Assembly (NCBI GenBank): GCA_050949565.1
Contig: JBMNFY010000010.1
Span: 224,001 to 288,000, forward strand
Direction: 5' to 3'
Origin: Kiritimatiellia bacterium
GTDB taxonomy: Bacteria > Verrucomicrobiota > Kiritimatiellia > RFP12 > UBA1067
Length of the DNA stretch: 64,000 nt
Below are positions 19,016-27,818 of the stretch, piece after piece; positions within the stretch are counted from its first letter, which is position 1; every line of letters starts with the position of its first letter. The notes under the pieces were generated by a model, which was not told where the DNA came from, searched no databases, and worked only from the letters and a program-made list of their open reading frames with translations. The translations under genes were made by a program, and so were the position numbers.

Positions 19016-20212
19016 TCAAAGCTGAAACTGCGGAATCTTCAGCGTCTCGCCATCCTTCATGGCAGACATGTGCGAGTAGATGCCCGAGACCGTCGTGTTC
19101 AACGCGCAGGCCACATCGCAGACCGGCTTTTGCTTGAGCAGGATGGCGCGGATAAAGTCGTCGGTCAGATAACCGTGCGACCCGCCATGCCCGCCAGCCG
19201 GCATGCCGGGCGGCAGCGGCGGTTTCTCTTGCGCCACTTTCGAAATGTCTGCTTGGCCGGAATAACGCGCCTCAAAGGAACCCTTCTGACCGTAGACACG
19301 CCCCTTCTCACCGCTCGCGCCGGGCACATCCCGGCTCTTCACCATGCGCGCCATGCCGTCCTCGCTGGTGCGGAGCAGTGCGATTTCGGTGGCGAATGGA
19401 TTGTTGTAGCGGTTCTTCCCCGGCTGGAAGTCGGACAGCAGGCTCGGCATGCCCAGGCACGTAACCGAGGTGAAGGAGCCGCCGGTGACACAGGTATAGA
19501 AAGCGTTCGCATGGGTTGGGTAGTACTGCGGCGGCAAGCCGACGCGCCAGCCGTTATAGGATGCGATAGGTTTGGCTGAGTAGTGGTAGTACTCGCCCTC
19601 GGTGTAGATCAGCTTGCCGAAGCCGCCCACCTTGTAGATCTCGCGCATTGCGTAACATTCCGGGCGGAACGCCGAAGTTTCAAATAGCGCGTAGATCATC
19701 CCCGTTGACTTGACCGTCGCCAGCAGTTCGTCCGCCAGCGCCAACTGCTCTTCGCCGAAAACCGCCGGCACGGCCGAAGCCACATGCAGCCCGCGCTTCA
19801 TGCCCTCGATGCAGAGCTTGGCGTGGCTCGGCGCGTCCGTGGCGATAAAGACCGCCTCGATCTCGCGGTCTTTCGCGTACATTTCCCCGCACGAGGCATA
19901 GGTCTTTTTGGTGCCCGTGACCTTGGCCAGCTCTGCGCAGGCAGTGGGGTTCAGGTCGGTCGCCGCGACGACTTCGACATTCGGGTGGTTCTGGAACCCG
20001 AACTGCGCGCCGAATTTGCAGACCCCGTAACCCGCGATGCCGACCTTGACCTTGCGGTCTGAAAAGGGCGTCCAAGCCGCCGTCTTCACCTTGCCCGCGT
20101 TGGTCTCGTCAAAGCCCTGAATCTTCGGTTGGGGCGTTTCAGCCCCCTTCGCTCCGCTTGCCGCAAGAAACGCGGCACTCGCGCCCATGAAAACTCTTCG
20201 TGAAAAATCCAT
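19016..20212 (-). CDS. Tat-exported Gfo/Idh/MocA oxidoreductase (paralog C)
   Basis: Leader like paralog B, body nearly identical to paralog A. Confidence 0.9.
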   Translation of the reverse strand: MDFSRRVFMGASAAFLAASGAKGAETPQPKIQGFDETNAGKVKTAAWTPFSDRKVKVGIAGYGVCKFGAQFGFQNHPNVEVVAATDLNPTACAELAKVTGTKKTYASCGEMYAKDREIEAVFIATDAPSHAKLCIEGMKRGLHVASAVPAVFGEEQLALADELLATVKSTGMIYALFETSAFRPECYAMREIYKVGGFGKLIYTEGEYYHYSAKPIASYNGWRVGLPPQYYPTHANAFYTCVTGGSFTSVTCLGMPSLLSDFQPGKNRYNNPFATEIALLRTSEDGMARMVKSRDVPGASGEKGRVYGQKGSFEARYSGQADISKVAQEKPPLPPGMPAGGHGGSHGYLTDDFIRAILLKQKPVCDVACALNTTVSGIYSHMSAMKDGETLKIPQFQL

Positions 20213-20257
20213 TTTGTTCCCCCTCTCATTCACATTGGCGTGATACCCAATTGGTGT

Positions 20258-22054
20258 TCATCTGAACAGCCGGTAGCGGTTGGGCGCGATGGTCTGTCCC
20301 TTGTGAACGTAATCGCTGTCGGTGTAGTTGCAGATGATCTCGGCACCGTTGGAGAAGGCGGTGCGGAAGACGTTGGGCGCAAGCTGCTCGTGTTGCTCCA
20401 TGAATTCGAATTGCAAGTCGGACAGCGCCTCAAATTCGTCATAGCCCTTTTTAACAAATGCGGCTGTCTGCTTGAGTTCCTCGTCGGTGGCGCACCTCAG
20501 ATCGATCTCGCCCATCCAGTTCTTGTTGTCGGATTTGAACTTGGAGTAGATGTAGAACGTCGGCCGTCCGTTGAACTCGACGAGCTTGGTTTGGGTGAAG
20601 AGGTCTTTGGCCGGGGCGTTGACCGTCTCGGTGAAGGGGTTGTTGAGGATGATGCCGTTGTAGACAAGCTGCCAGATCGGGATCAGACGGTCATGCATCG
20701 CGTTGTGCTTGCCGGAAAGTCCGCCGAAATAGACGTAGAGCGCGTAATCAAGATTACCGCAGGCGTAGTCGAAGCCACCCTCTGAGGACACCCCGCCAAT
20801 ATGGTCTTTGCAGGCGGCGAGAATGCGGTCGAACCACATCGCGCTCTCCTTGGGTGTGCAGGGATGATTGGGATCGAAGCAGCGCGGCGGCTGTACGATC
20901 GTGATAACATCGATATAGTGCAGGCCGCGGAAACCGAGGTCGGCCACCTTGCGGATGTCCTGCGGATAGAAGCGCGCAAAGACGCGTTGCGGACAGAGCG
21001 AATACATCCGGCCGCCGCTCCAGACGGCATGGGAGTAGGGCGTGCCGTCTTGGCGCTTGACCGGCAGATCCCAGTCCCAGACATTGGCGATGCTGTAGCC
21101 GTCAGAACTGTTGGTGTGCCCGACAATCCGGTAGCCCATACGATGCGCCTTGCGGATCAACTGCCGTAACTTCGCCTCACCGCCCAGCGCTTCTTCTACC
21201 GGGAACATCTGCGGCCAGCGTCCGTCGTGGCCCTTCTGGTTCCAGCCGACCAGACAGAGCTGCGCGCGCTTGACACCGACGCGCTTGAGGGCGTCCAGAA
21301 TGTCGCCCACGCGATCAAAGGTGACCGCGACCTTCATCGGCGGCTCGGTGGCGAGGCTCTGTTCCATTACCGGGCTGGGCGCGGGCTTCCAGCCTTGGCG
21401 GATACGGATTTCGGGGCAGCGCGCGGCGTAGTCGAGTTCTGGCTGCTCTTTTATGCGTACGCTGATTGGCTTGCAGACCTCGCGCAGGAGCTGGTAATTA
21501 CGATAGGCGCGTGCCATACCGGCATAGTCTGCGTTGCGCCCTTCGAGCAGATGGTAGTGGATAACGATATCGTCCGGCGGTACAAAGCCAGCCACCCGAA
21601 AGCGCGGCGCAATCGTATACACGCCTTCTTTGGCGCGCACGTGCAGGTCATACTCAAAACGCATCGTGGCGACAATGCCGACGAATGTCGCGCGCGGATT
21701 CTTCATGCCGAAAATCGGCATGTAGTTGCGTCCGTGGACAACGCTCGGCCCGCCGATCATGTAGGCACCATTCTGCAAACGGAAGGTGCCGAGAAAGCCG
21801 TCGGGCGTCACGTAGTAACCCTCCTCACCGACTTTGGCCGTGGCGAAATCCGGCAACACCGACACCCACTCCACACCTTGCGGCAACTGGCTGCGCTTGA
21901 CGATCACCGTCACCACACCCTTGGCGTCGGGCGTGACCGACACCGTCTTCTTCTCCTCGTGCTTGTCGGTGAACGTGTAAGTCAATTCCACCTGCGCCGC
22001 CATCAGGCCGCACACGCAAAAAACCGTTAGTATCGAAAACAACATTCGCTTCAT
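20258..22054 (-). CDS. Secreted TIM-barrel glycoside hydrolase-like protein (DUF5696/GH101-like)
   Basis: Signal peptide; LVGWNQKGHDG.WP, LGGEAKLRQLI, HTNSSD, GLHYID, SEGG.DYA, IPIWQLVY. Confidence 0.6.
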   Translation of the reverse strand: MKRMLFSILTVFCVCGLMAAQVELTYTFTDKHEEKKTVSVTPDAKGVVTVIVKRSQLPQGVEWVSVLPDFATAKVGEEGYYVTPDGFLGTFRLQNGAYMIGGPSVVHGRNYMPIFGMKNPRATFVGIVATMRFEYDLHVRAKEGVYTIAPRFRVAGFVPPDDIVIHYHLLEGRNADYAGMARAYRNYQLLREVCKPISVRIKEQPELDYAARCPEIRIRQGWKPAPSPVMEQSLATEPPMKVAVTFDRVGDILDALKRVGVKRAQLCLVGWNQKGHDGRWPQMFPVEEALGGEAKLRQLIRKAHRMGYRIVGHTNSSDGYSIANVWDWDLPVKRQDGTPYSHAVWSGGRMYSLCPQRVFARFYPQDIRKVADLGFRGLHYIDVITIVQPPRCFDPNHPCTPKESAMWFDRILAACKDHIGGVSSEGGFDYACGNLDYALYVYFGGLSGKHNAMHDRLIPIWQLVYNGIILNNPFTETVNAPAKDLFTQTKLVEFNGRPTFYIYSKFKSDNKNWMGEIDLRCATDEELKQTAAFVKKGYDEFEALSDLQFEFMEQHEQLAPNVFRTAFSNGAEIICNYTDSDYVHKGQTIAPNRYRLFR

Positions 22055-22229
22055 AAACGACTTCCTCGTTTTATTAATGCCCGCCGAAAACATCTAACCC
22101 ACCGGATGGACACAAAATACACGGAAGGGACAGGCGTCTGCTTGCCCGGACGAACAGACGCTCGTCCTTTTTCACGTATGGGATGGTCCGTTCAGCTCGA
22201 TTTTTCGACGGTAGGTTAACACGGTTGTA

Positions 22230-23582
22230 TCAGTAATCAAAATAGGGTATGCGTTCGATTTTTTCGAAACGCGATTCGGTATCGTTGCCGGTCTCAGTCC
22301 GATAGGTGTCGAATCCGATACCCTTGGCGTGCGGTCCGGACCAGGCGAACAACGGCTGCTTGTCGGGATCGGCGCCCTCTTGCCAGAAGATATTGCGGTT
22401 GCACGCCACTTCGTTCAGCCGGGGATTGTAAAACCAGATCATCCGCTCTGTCGTGTTGTAGAACCGGTTGTCGTGGTAATGAAGCTTAAGGACTTTCGAT
22501 TCCAGACGATACGCCAACAGGTGGGTTCCGTTTTTGTTGGGACGTTGTACATGACCCCATCCGAAGCCGCAGTCATAGCTGCTGTTGCCTTCGTACGTCA
22601 CGCCGGCGACCTCCGACTCTGGATTGGAGAACCAGATTTCATAGGCCTGTTCGCAGAGATAGACGATGTTGTTGCGCCACAAGACATCGCTCACGCGACA
22701 CTTCTCGTTGCCTTGGTTGGTCATGGCGGTGTCGTAGATCTGCCAAAAACGACAACCCTCGACCACGCAGTCAGTCGCCGTGCACCAAAACTCCACGCCG
22801 TTGCCGTAACGTGTGGGCCTATCGTTACGCGTGTACAAATGGCCGCCACCGATCCAGAAGAAATCGCAGTTGCGGATCCGTGCATGGCTGTGCCCGGCAC
22901 CGCCGACACCGTGCGCGGCGGTATAGCCAAAGGCCAGTCCGTCCAACACATACCACTCTGGTTTCTTTACAGACACACTGTTGATTTTGGGCGCCGCCTC
23001 AATGAAGCTGTAAAACTCAGCCGGATTTTTTTCGGAGTAGAAAAAGATCGTCCGTGGACCGGCCGTAGACGAAAACGGGCTGGAGAAAAAGTCGCCCTGC
23101 GCACGTAGCTCGTCGACAGACCACCGCTTGAATCCTGCCGTTTTAGGTGTCGTACCTTTCTTGACGAGCACGATATTGCCGATGTCTGCATTGACGTTTG
23201 TACCGCCGCCGATGGTGGGCACGACTTTCCAGATGTTATTGCCCGTCGACTGCCAGAGCGCCGGATCGGCAAGATCGACGCTGCGCATGATACGGGGCTT
23301 CCAGTCGGCGTTCTCGCCCGTTCCCGGATAAGAGGTGTACGTGACGGGCGCTCCCTGTGTCCCCGGCTGGACATTGAGGCTCCCGCGCCACATCTGCCCG
23401 CACTTGAAGCGCACGCGGTCGCCGGGATTGAGCCGGGCCGCGTTCACGCGCTCAAGCGTTTGCCAAGCCTGTTCCGGCGATGTGCCGGGGTTCCCATCCC
23501 GGCCGTGTTCGGCATCCACATAGTAATCGGCAGCCTGCGCCGATACGCAGGCGAGCAGGCACGCAAACAAAGTAGCACGCAT
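22230..23582 (-). CDS. Secreted right-handed parallel beta-helix protein (polysaccharide lyase/hydrolase-like)
   Basis: YYVDAEHGRDGNPGTSPEQAWQTL, PGDRVRFKCGQMW, RYGNGVEFW, repeated beta-helix turns. Confidence 0.8.
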   Translation of the reverse strand: MRATLFACLLACVSAQAADYYVDAEHGRDGNPGTSPEQAWQTLERVNAARLNPGDRVRFKCGQMWRGSLNVQPGTQGAPVTYTSYPGTGENADWKPRIMRSVDLADPALWQSTGNNIWKVVPTIGGGTNVNADIGNIVLVKKGTTPKTAGFKRWSVDELRAQGDFFSSPFSSTAGPRTIFFYSEKNPAEFYSFIEAAPKINSVSVKKPEWYVLDGLAFGYTAAHGVGGAGHSHARIRNCDFFWIGGGHLYTRNDRPTRYGNGVEFWCTATDCVVEGCRFWQIYDTAMTNQGNEKCRVSDVLWRNNIVYLCEQAYEIWFSNPESEVAGVTYEGNSSYDCGFGWGHVQRPNKNGTHLLAYRLESKVLKLHYHDNRFYNTTERMIWFYNPRLNEVACNRNIFWQEGADPDKQPLFAWSGPHAKGIGFDTYRTETGNDTESRFEKIERIPYFDY

Positions 23583-23587
23583 GACCT

Positions 23588-24778
23588 TCAAAGCTCCGGA
23601 ATGGGGGGCACAATGATCGGCGCCCATTTGTCTGGCGGGGGCGCTGGCTCTTCCGGCACGGTGCAGTTCTTTAGGACGGCGTCGACGAACACGACCGCGC
23701 GCAGGCCATCCTCAATGCTCATGAAGCCGCGGGCGGGGGGAGCGAGACTCTTTTGGGCTTTGCAGGATTCGTAATAATCCGCAAAGGCAGAGTAGGTTGA
23801 CGCGAGCGCGGCGATGTAGGCCGCATCGCTACCGAACGGGTTGGGGCCGGGTTTCTCTCCCGTGGCGGGGATACCCTCTGTCAGGACACGCTCCGAACCG
23901 TCAACGTCGCGCACGATCAGGCGGTGCGGCTCATTTTGCGACCACAACAACGCGCCGCGGTCACCCATGAGTTCAATGGTGAGGCCGTCGCGCCGTCCGG
24001 TAGCGATTTGACTGGCGAGGAACACACCGCGCGCGCCTCCAGTGAAGCGCACAAGCACGCTGCAGTCATCGTCCAAGATACGCCCGGGGACCGTCGCCCG
24101 CAGATCCGCGCAGACCTCGCTGACCGCCAGGCCCGACAGCCATTCCGACAGATAAAAGCAGTGGATGCCGAGATCAAGCAGGCATCCCGCCGGACCGCTG
24201 CGCCGCGGGTCGGCTCGCCAGCCAGCTTGTTTGTTACCGGCCGTCTCAAGGCGTTGTGCCATCCATCCCAGTGGGTAGCGGGAGACGATTTTACGGATCG
24301 TGCCGATCATCTGCTCCTCAAGCAGGAGGCGGCGCGCCAGTTGCAAGGCGGGATAACCCTGATAGACCATGGCGATCCCGTACACCAACCCGCTTGCCTG
24401 CTGCTTGCGCGTGAGATTCAGCCCTTCGTCCAGATTGCAGGTAAAAGGCTTTTCACTGAACACGGAGAACCCTGCGTCGATTGACGACATCGCGACCGGA
24501 TAGTGCATCGCATTGGGTGCCAAGATGGACACAAAGTCCATACGTTCGTCTTCGGGCAGGGTTGCCTCCCGGCGAAACATGTCACGGTAAGTGCCGTATG
24601 AACGCCGCGTAGGGAGTTCCAGGCGCTTGCCGGTTTCAAACGAGCTTTGTCGCGTGGAGCCAAACGCACCGCAAACCAACTCCAGCCGACCGCACTGCTT
24701 AATGGCGGCACGATGGATATCGCCGATGAACGAGTCATTGCCGCCGCCAACAATCCCGACACGTAAAGTTTTACTCAT
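23588..24778 (-). CDS. Gfo/Idh/MocA oxidoreductase (cytoplasmic)
   Basis: LRVGIVGGG..SFIG.IH, PNAMH, EKP, WR.DP..SG, DLGIH. Confidence 0.9.
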   Translation of the reverse strand: MSKTLRVGIVGGGNDSFIGDIHRAAIKQCGRLELVCGAFGSTRQSSFETGKRLELPTRRSYGTYRDMFRREATLPEDERMDFVSILAPNAMHYPVAMSSIDAGFSVFSEKPFTCNLDEGLNLTRKQQASGLVYGIAMVYQGYPALQLARRLLLEEQMIGTIRKIVSRYPLGWMAQRLETAGNKQAGWRADPRRSGPAGCLLDLGIHCFYLSEWLSGLAVSEVCADLRATVPGRILDDDCSVLVRFTGGARGVFLASQIATGRRDGLTIELMGDRGALLWSQNEPHRLIVRDVDGSERVLTEGIPATGEKPGPNPFGSDAAYIAALASTYSAFADYYESCKAQKSLAPPARGFMSIEDGLRAVVFVDAVLKNCTVPEEPAPPPDKWAPIIVPPIPEL

Positions 24779-25055
24779 GATCTCTTACACCTGTCATAAC
24801 TGTGAGCCACTGTGAACCTATTCACATCATGATGCACCAATTATAGGGCAGATTGAGATATTCGCCAAACAAAAAATGATTGTTTTCGTAAAAGCGTGCC
24901 AGCGTACTTTTCCGCGCACTTTTCGATGGGGTACGCTGATAAGGCTAAAGGAAAAAACAGATCGAAATCGGGATTTGGATCGAAAGGGATTGACTCACTT
25001 TGCCTCCCCCGCATAATAAGCGCCGATCTATCCTATGGGAAGGCGGAATGAGAGA

Positions 25056-26807
25056 ATGAAGCGTGTGATGATTCGGATCGTGTCCGCAGTACTGGCTGCG
25101 GAGGCCTTCGCGGCGTTGCCGAAGATGCCGGTGCGTCCGACGCCGGATGCGGCGACACTGAAGATGAATGCGGGGCGTGAACTCAAGTTCATGAACCCGC
25201 TGCCGCGACAGCGCTGCGGGGGGAAGACGTGTGGCACCTACAACAACCGGGAATTCGCGTGTCCCGGCCTGCTGACAACGCAGGAGCACGATTTAGGCGA
25301 TACGATCTGGAACCTCCGTAAAGTTGTGTGGGCGGACCGCCGACTGGTGGCGATCGATGGACGCTATCTCATGTGCCAACTCAATTGGATTCGCGATCAC
25401 GTCCACCAGATGAAGGGCTTCTGTCACTGGGAACACGACCTCACGAGCTTCCTCGATTTCATTCTCGACACACAACGCGCCGATGGACAGTTCTTCGAGC
25501 TTATCAAACAGATCGACGACCCCCATTGGATGTTCGTGCCGGAGGATTGTTCGGTGCTGTATCCAGAAGACAACCAGTCGCTCGTCCGGCTCGAACTCGA
25601 GGCCGACATCGAATACCTGATGGTCGAGGGCTGTGTGCAGGCATGGCGCGTCACGGGTGACGACGAGTGGTTGAAGAGGGCGTTGCCGCGGCTCGAGAAG
25701 GGCATCGACTACCAGACGAGCGACGTGAAGCGCTGGGACCCGGAGCGTGGACTTTGCAAGCGTCCCTATACCATCGACACTTGGGATTTCACGAAGGATC
25801 CCGGTTCCGCGTGTAACCGTTCGGTGGTGCTCACAGAACCGATGGCGATCATGCACGGTGATAACACCGGTGTCTATCAGGCCATGAGCCAACTCGCCTG
25901 GGTCAACGAACGCTTCGGTAACGCGGAGAAGGCGGCAGCATGGCGCGCGCGTGCCGCGACGCTCCGCGCGAATGCCATGAGGCATCTCTGGAACGGGAAG
26001 TTCTTTATCCATCAGCTTGCGATCAACTGCGAGCCGTACGATGAGAACGAGGCAGAGCGTCTCTCCATGAGCGATGCCTACGCGCTCAACCGTGGCATGT
26101 TGACGCGGGACGAATGCCGTTCGATTATCGAGGAGTATAAGGGGCGGCGTGCGACCACGAAGGCGTTCGCCGAATGGTTCACGATCGATCCGCCGTACAA
26201 CATGAAGATCGGAAACCATCCGCCTGGCGAGTACGTGAACGGTGCGATTTGTCCATTCACGGCCGGCGAACTCGCCAAGGGCGCTTTCGAGAATGGGTTT
26301 GAGAAATATGGATGGGACATTCTGCAGCGGCTGGTGAAAATGATCAAGGAGGACGACGGCAAGCTGTTCTTCCTCTACCATCCGACGACGCGCGCGCCGC
26401 AAGGACGCGGTCCGAGCGCCTGGGGCGCGGCTGCGGTTCTGAGCGCGATCGATCAGGGTCTTGCTGGCATCACCGACCTCGACAAGCAGTACCGCCGTCT
26501 TCGCTTTGCACCGCGTTGGGCGGTCACGGATTACACCGAAGGACGTTATCTCACCGGCTACGAGCGCGCCGCGAAATTTGTCGACACGCGTTGGGTGTTC
26601 ACTGACCGTGGATTGCGCTACCGCGTGGAGTCGCCGGCACAAGAAGTTGTCGCGCACATTCTGTTGTCCGAAGGCCGCCATGCGTCGAAGGTGCTCGTCA
26701 ACGGTGTCGAGCAGCGCTTCACCGTCACGAAGGGCGAGTCGGCGGACTACGTCGATCTGGTCGTGAAGGGCCATCCATCTATCGACTTCGAAGTCCTCTA
26801 TGAGTGA
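25056..26807 (+). CDS. Secreted (alpha/alpha)6-barrel glycoside hydrolase-like protein
   Basis: Signal peptide; WIRDH, EAD.EY, WRVTGDDEWL, LWNGKFF, YVNG pattern of six-hairpin glycosidases. Confidence 0.6.
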   Translation: MKRVMIRIVSAVLAAEAFAALPKMPVRPTPDAATLKMNAGRELKFMNPLPRQRCGGKTCGTYNNREFACPGLLTTQEHDLGDTIWNLRKVVWADRRLVAIDGRYLMCQLNWIRDHVHQMKGFCHWEHDLTSFLDFILDTQRADGQFFELIKQIDDPHWMFVPEDCSVLYPEDNQSLVRLELEADIEYLMVEGCVQAWRVTGDDEWLKRALPRLEKGIDYQTSDVKRWDPERGLCKRPYTIDTWDFTKDPGSACNRSVVLTEPMAIMHGDNTGVYQAMSQLAWVNERFGNAEKAAAWRARAATLRANAMRHLWNGKFFIHQLAINCEPYDENEAERLSMSDAYALNRGMLTRDECRSIIEEYKGRRATTKAFAEWFTIDPPYNMKIGNHPPGEYVNGAICPFTAGELAKGAFENGFEKYGWDILQRLVKMIKEDDGKLFFLYHPTTRAPQGRGPSAWGAAAVLSAIDQGLAGITDLDKQYRRLRFAPRWAVTDYTEGRYLTGYERAAKFVDTRWVFTDRGLRYRVESPAQEVVAHILLSEGRHASKVLVNGVEQRFTVTKGESADYVDLVVKGHPSIDFEVLYE

Positions 26808-26928
26808 CGCTGGACGTAATCGGTTGGTGACAGGGATGTGCGAAGATGATGCGTTTCCGTGCGAAGCGCGGGCGGCGGGCTAACCGATTACAATTGCATG
26901 GCCGCAGGCATTTTGCCACACTGTGTCT

Positions 26929-27795
26929 ATGAAAGATAAGTCTCAGCCAGTTGTGTCGTTTGTGGTCTCAAGAGTGCAGGCGGGCCAGTCGCTCCAAGAG
27001 TTTCTCGCCGCACGGCTCTCAATTTCCAAACGTGCGGCCAAAAATCTGTTGGATGAGCGGGTCGTGTGGGTCAACCGCCGATGCGTGTGGATGACACACC
27101 ACACGCTCAAAACCGGGGATACCGTAGAATTGCCAAGTGCCAACCTGTCCAAGCAGTCGGCGGCGTCGCCGGCGTCAGCAATCCGAATTCTGGTGCAGGA
27201 TGATTTCTATCTGGTGGCCGACAAACCGTCCAATATGCTTTCGGTCGGCGCGCGCAGTGTCGAAGAGACATTGCGCACGCAGACCGGTCTCGCGACGTTG
27301 CGGGCGGTACACCGTCTGGATCGTGACACGACCGGCTGCTTGCTGTTCGCTAAAAATGATGCCGCGTTCGATGCTGCTGTCGAAATCTTTAAGACGCGCC
27401 GGGTCAGCAAGCACTACCGCGTGATCGTGTACGGTCGTTATGAGCGTGCCGCTTCGACCGTGGAGCAGGAGCTGGACGGTGAGCGTGCGGTCAGCCACAT
27501 CCAGCGTGAGATGGCCACCAAAGACGCCAGCTTTCTCAAGGTGAAGATCGAGACAGGACGCACTCACCAAATCCGTCGTCACCTCGCCTCGTTGCGCCAC
27601 CCGGTGCTGGGCGATCGCGAACACGGCATCAAGCACGCGCGCGATCCGCGCCTGCTGACGGTGCCGCGCCAGATGCTCCATGCCGCCGGTCTGGAGATGC
27701 CGCATCCGATGCTTCCAGGGGAGACGCTCAAGGCGCACAGTCCGTTACCGGCCGATTTCCGGCGTTGTCTGAAACTGTTCGGCATGGGTAAATGA
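26929..27795 (+). CDS. RluA family pseudouridine synthase
   Basis: S4-like N-terminus, DKP, HRLDRDTTG, TGRTHQIR, QMLHA. Confidence 0.93.
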   Translation: MKDKSQPVVSFVVSRVQAGQSLQEFLAARLSISKRAAKNLLDERVVWVNRRCVWMTHHTLKTGDTVELPSANLSKQSAASPASAIRILVQDDFYLVADKPSNMLSVGARSVEETLRTQTGLATLRAVHRLDRDTTGCLLFAKNDAAFDAAVEIFKTRRVSKHYRVIVYGRYERAASTVEQELDGERAVSHIQREMATKDASFLKVKIETGRTHQIRRHLASLRHPVLGDREHGIKHARDPRLLTVPRQMLHAAGLEMPHPMLPGETLKAHSPLPADFRRCLKLFGMGK

Positions 27796-27818
27796 GGCGG
27801 ACGTAGGGATCGCTGCGC

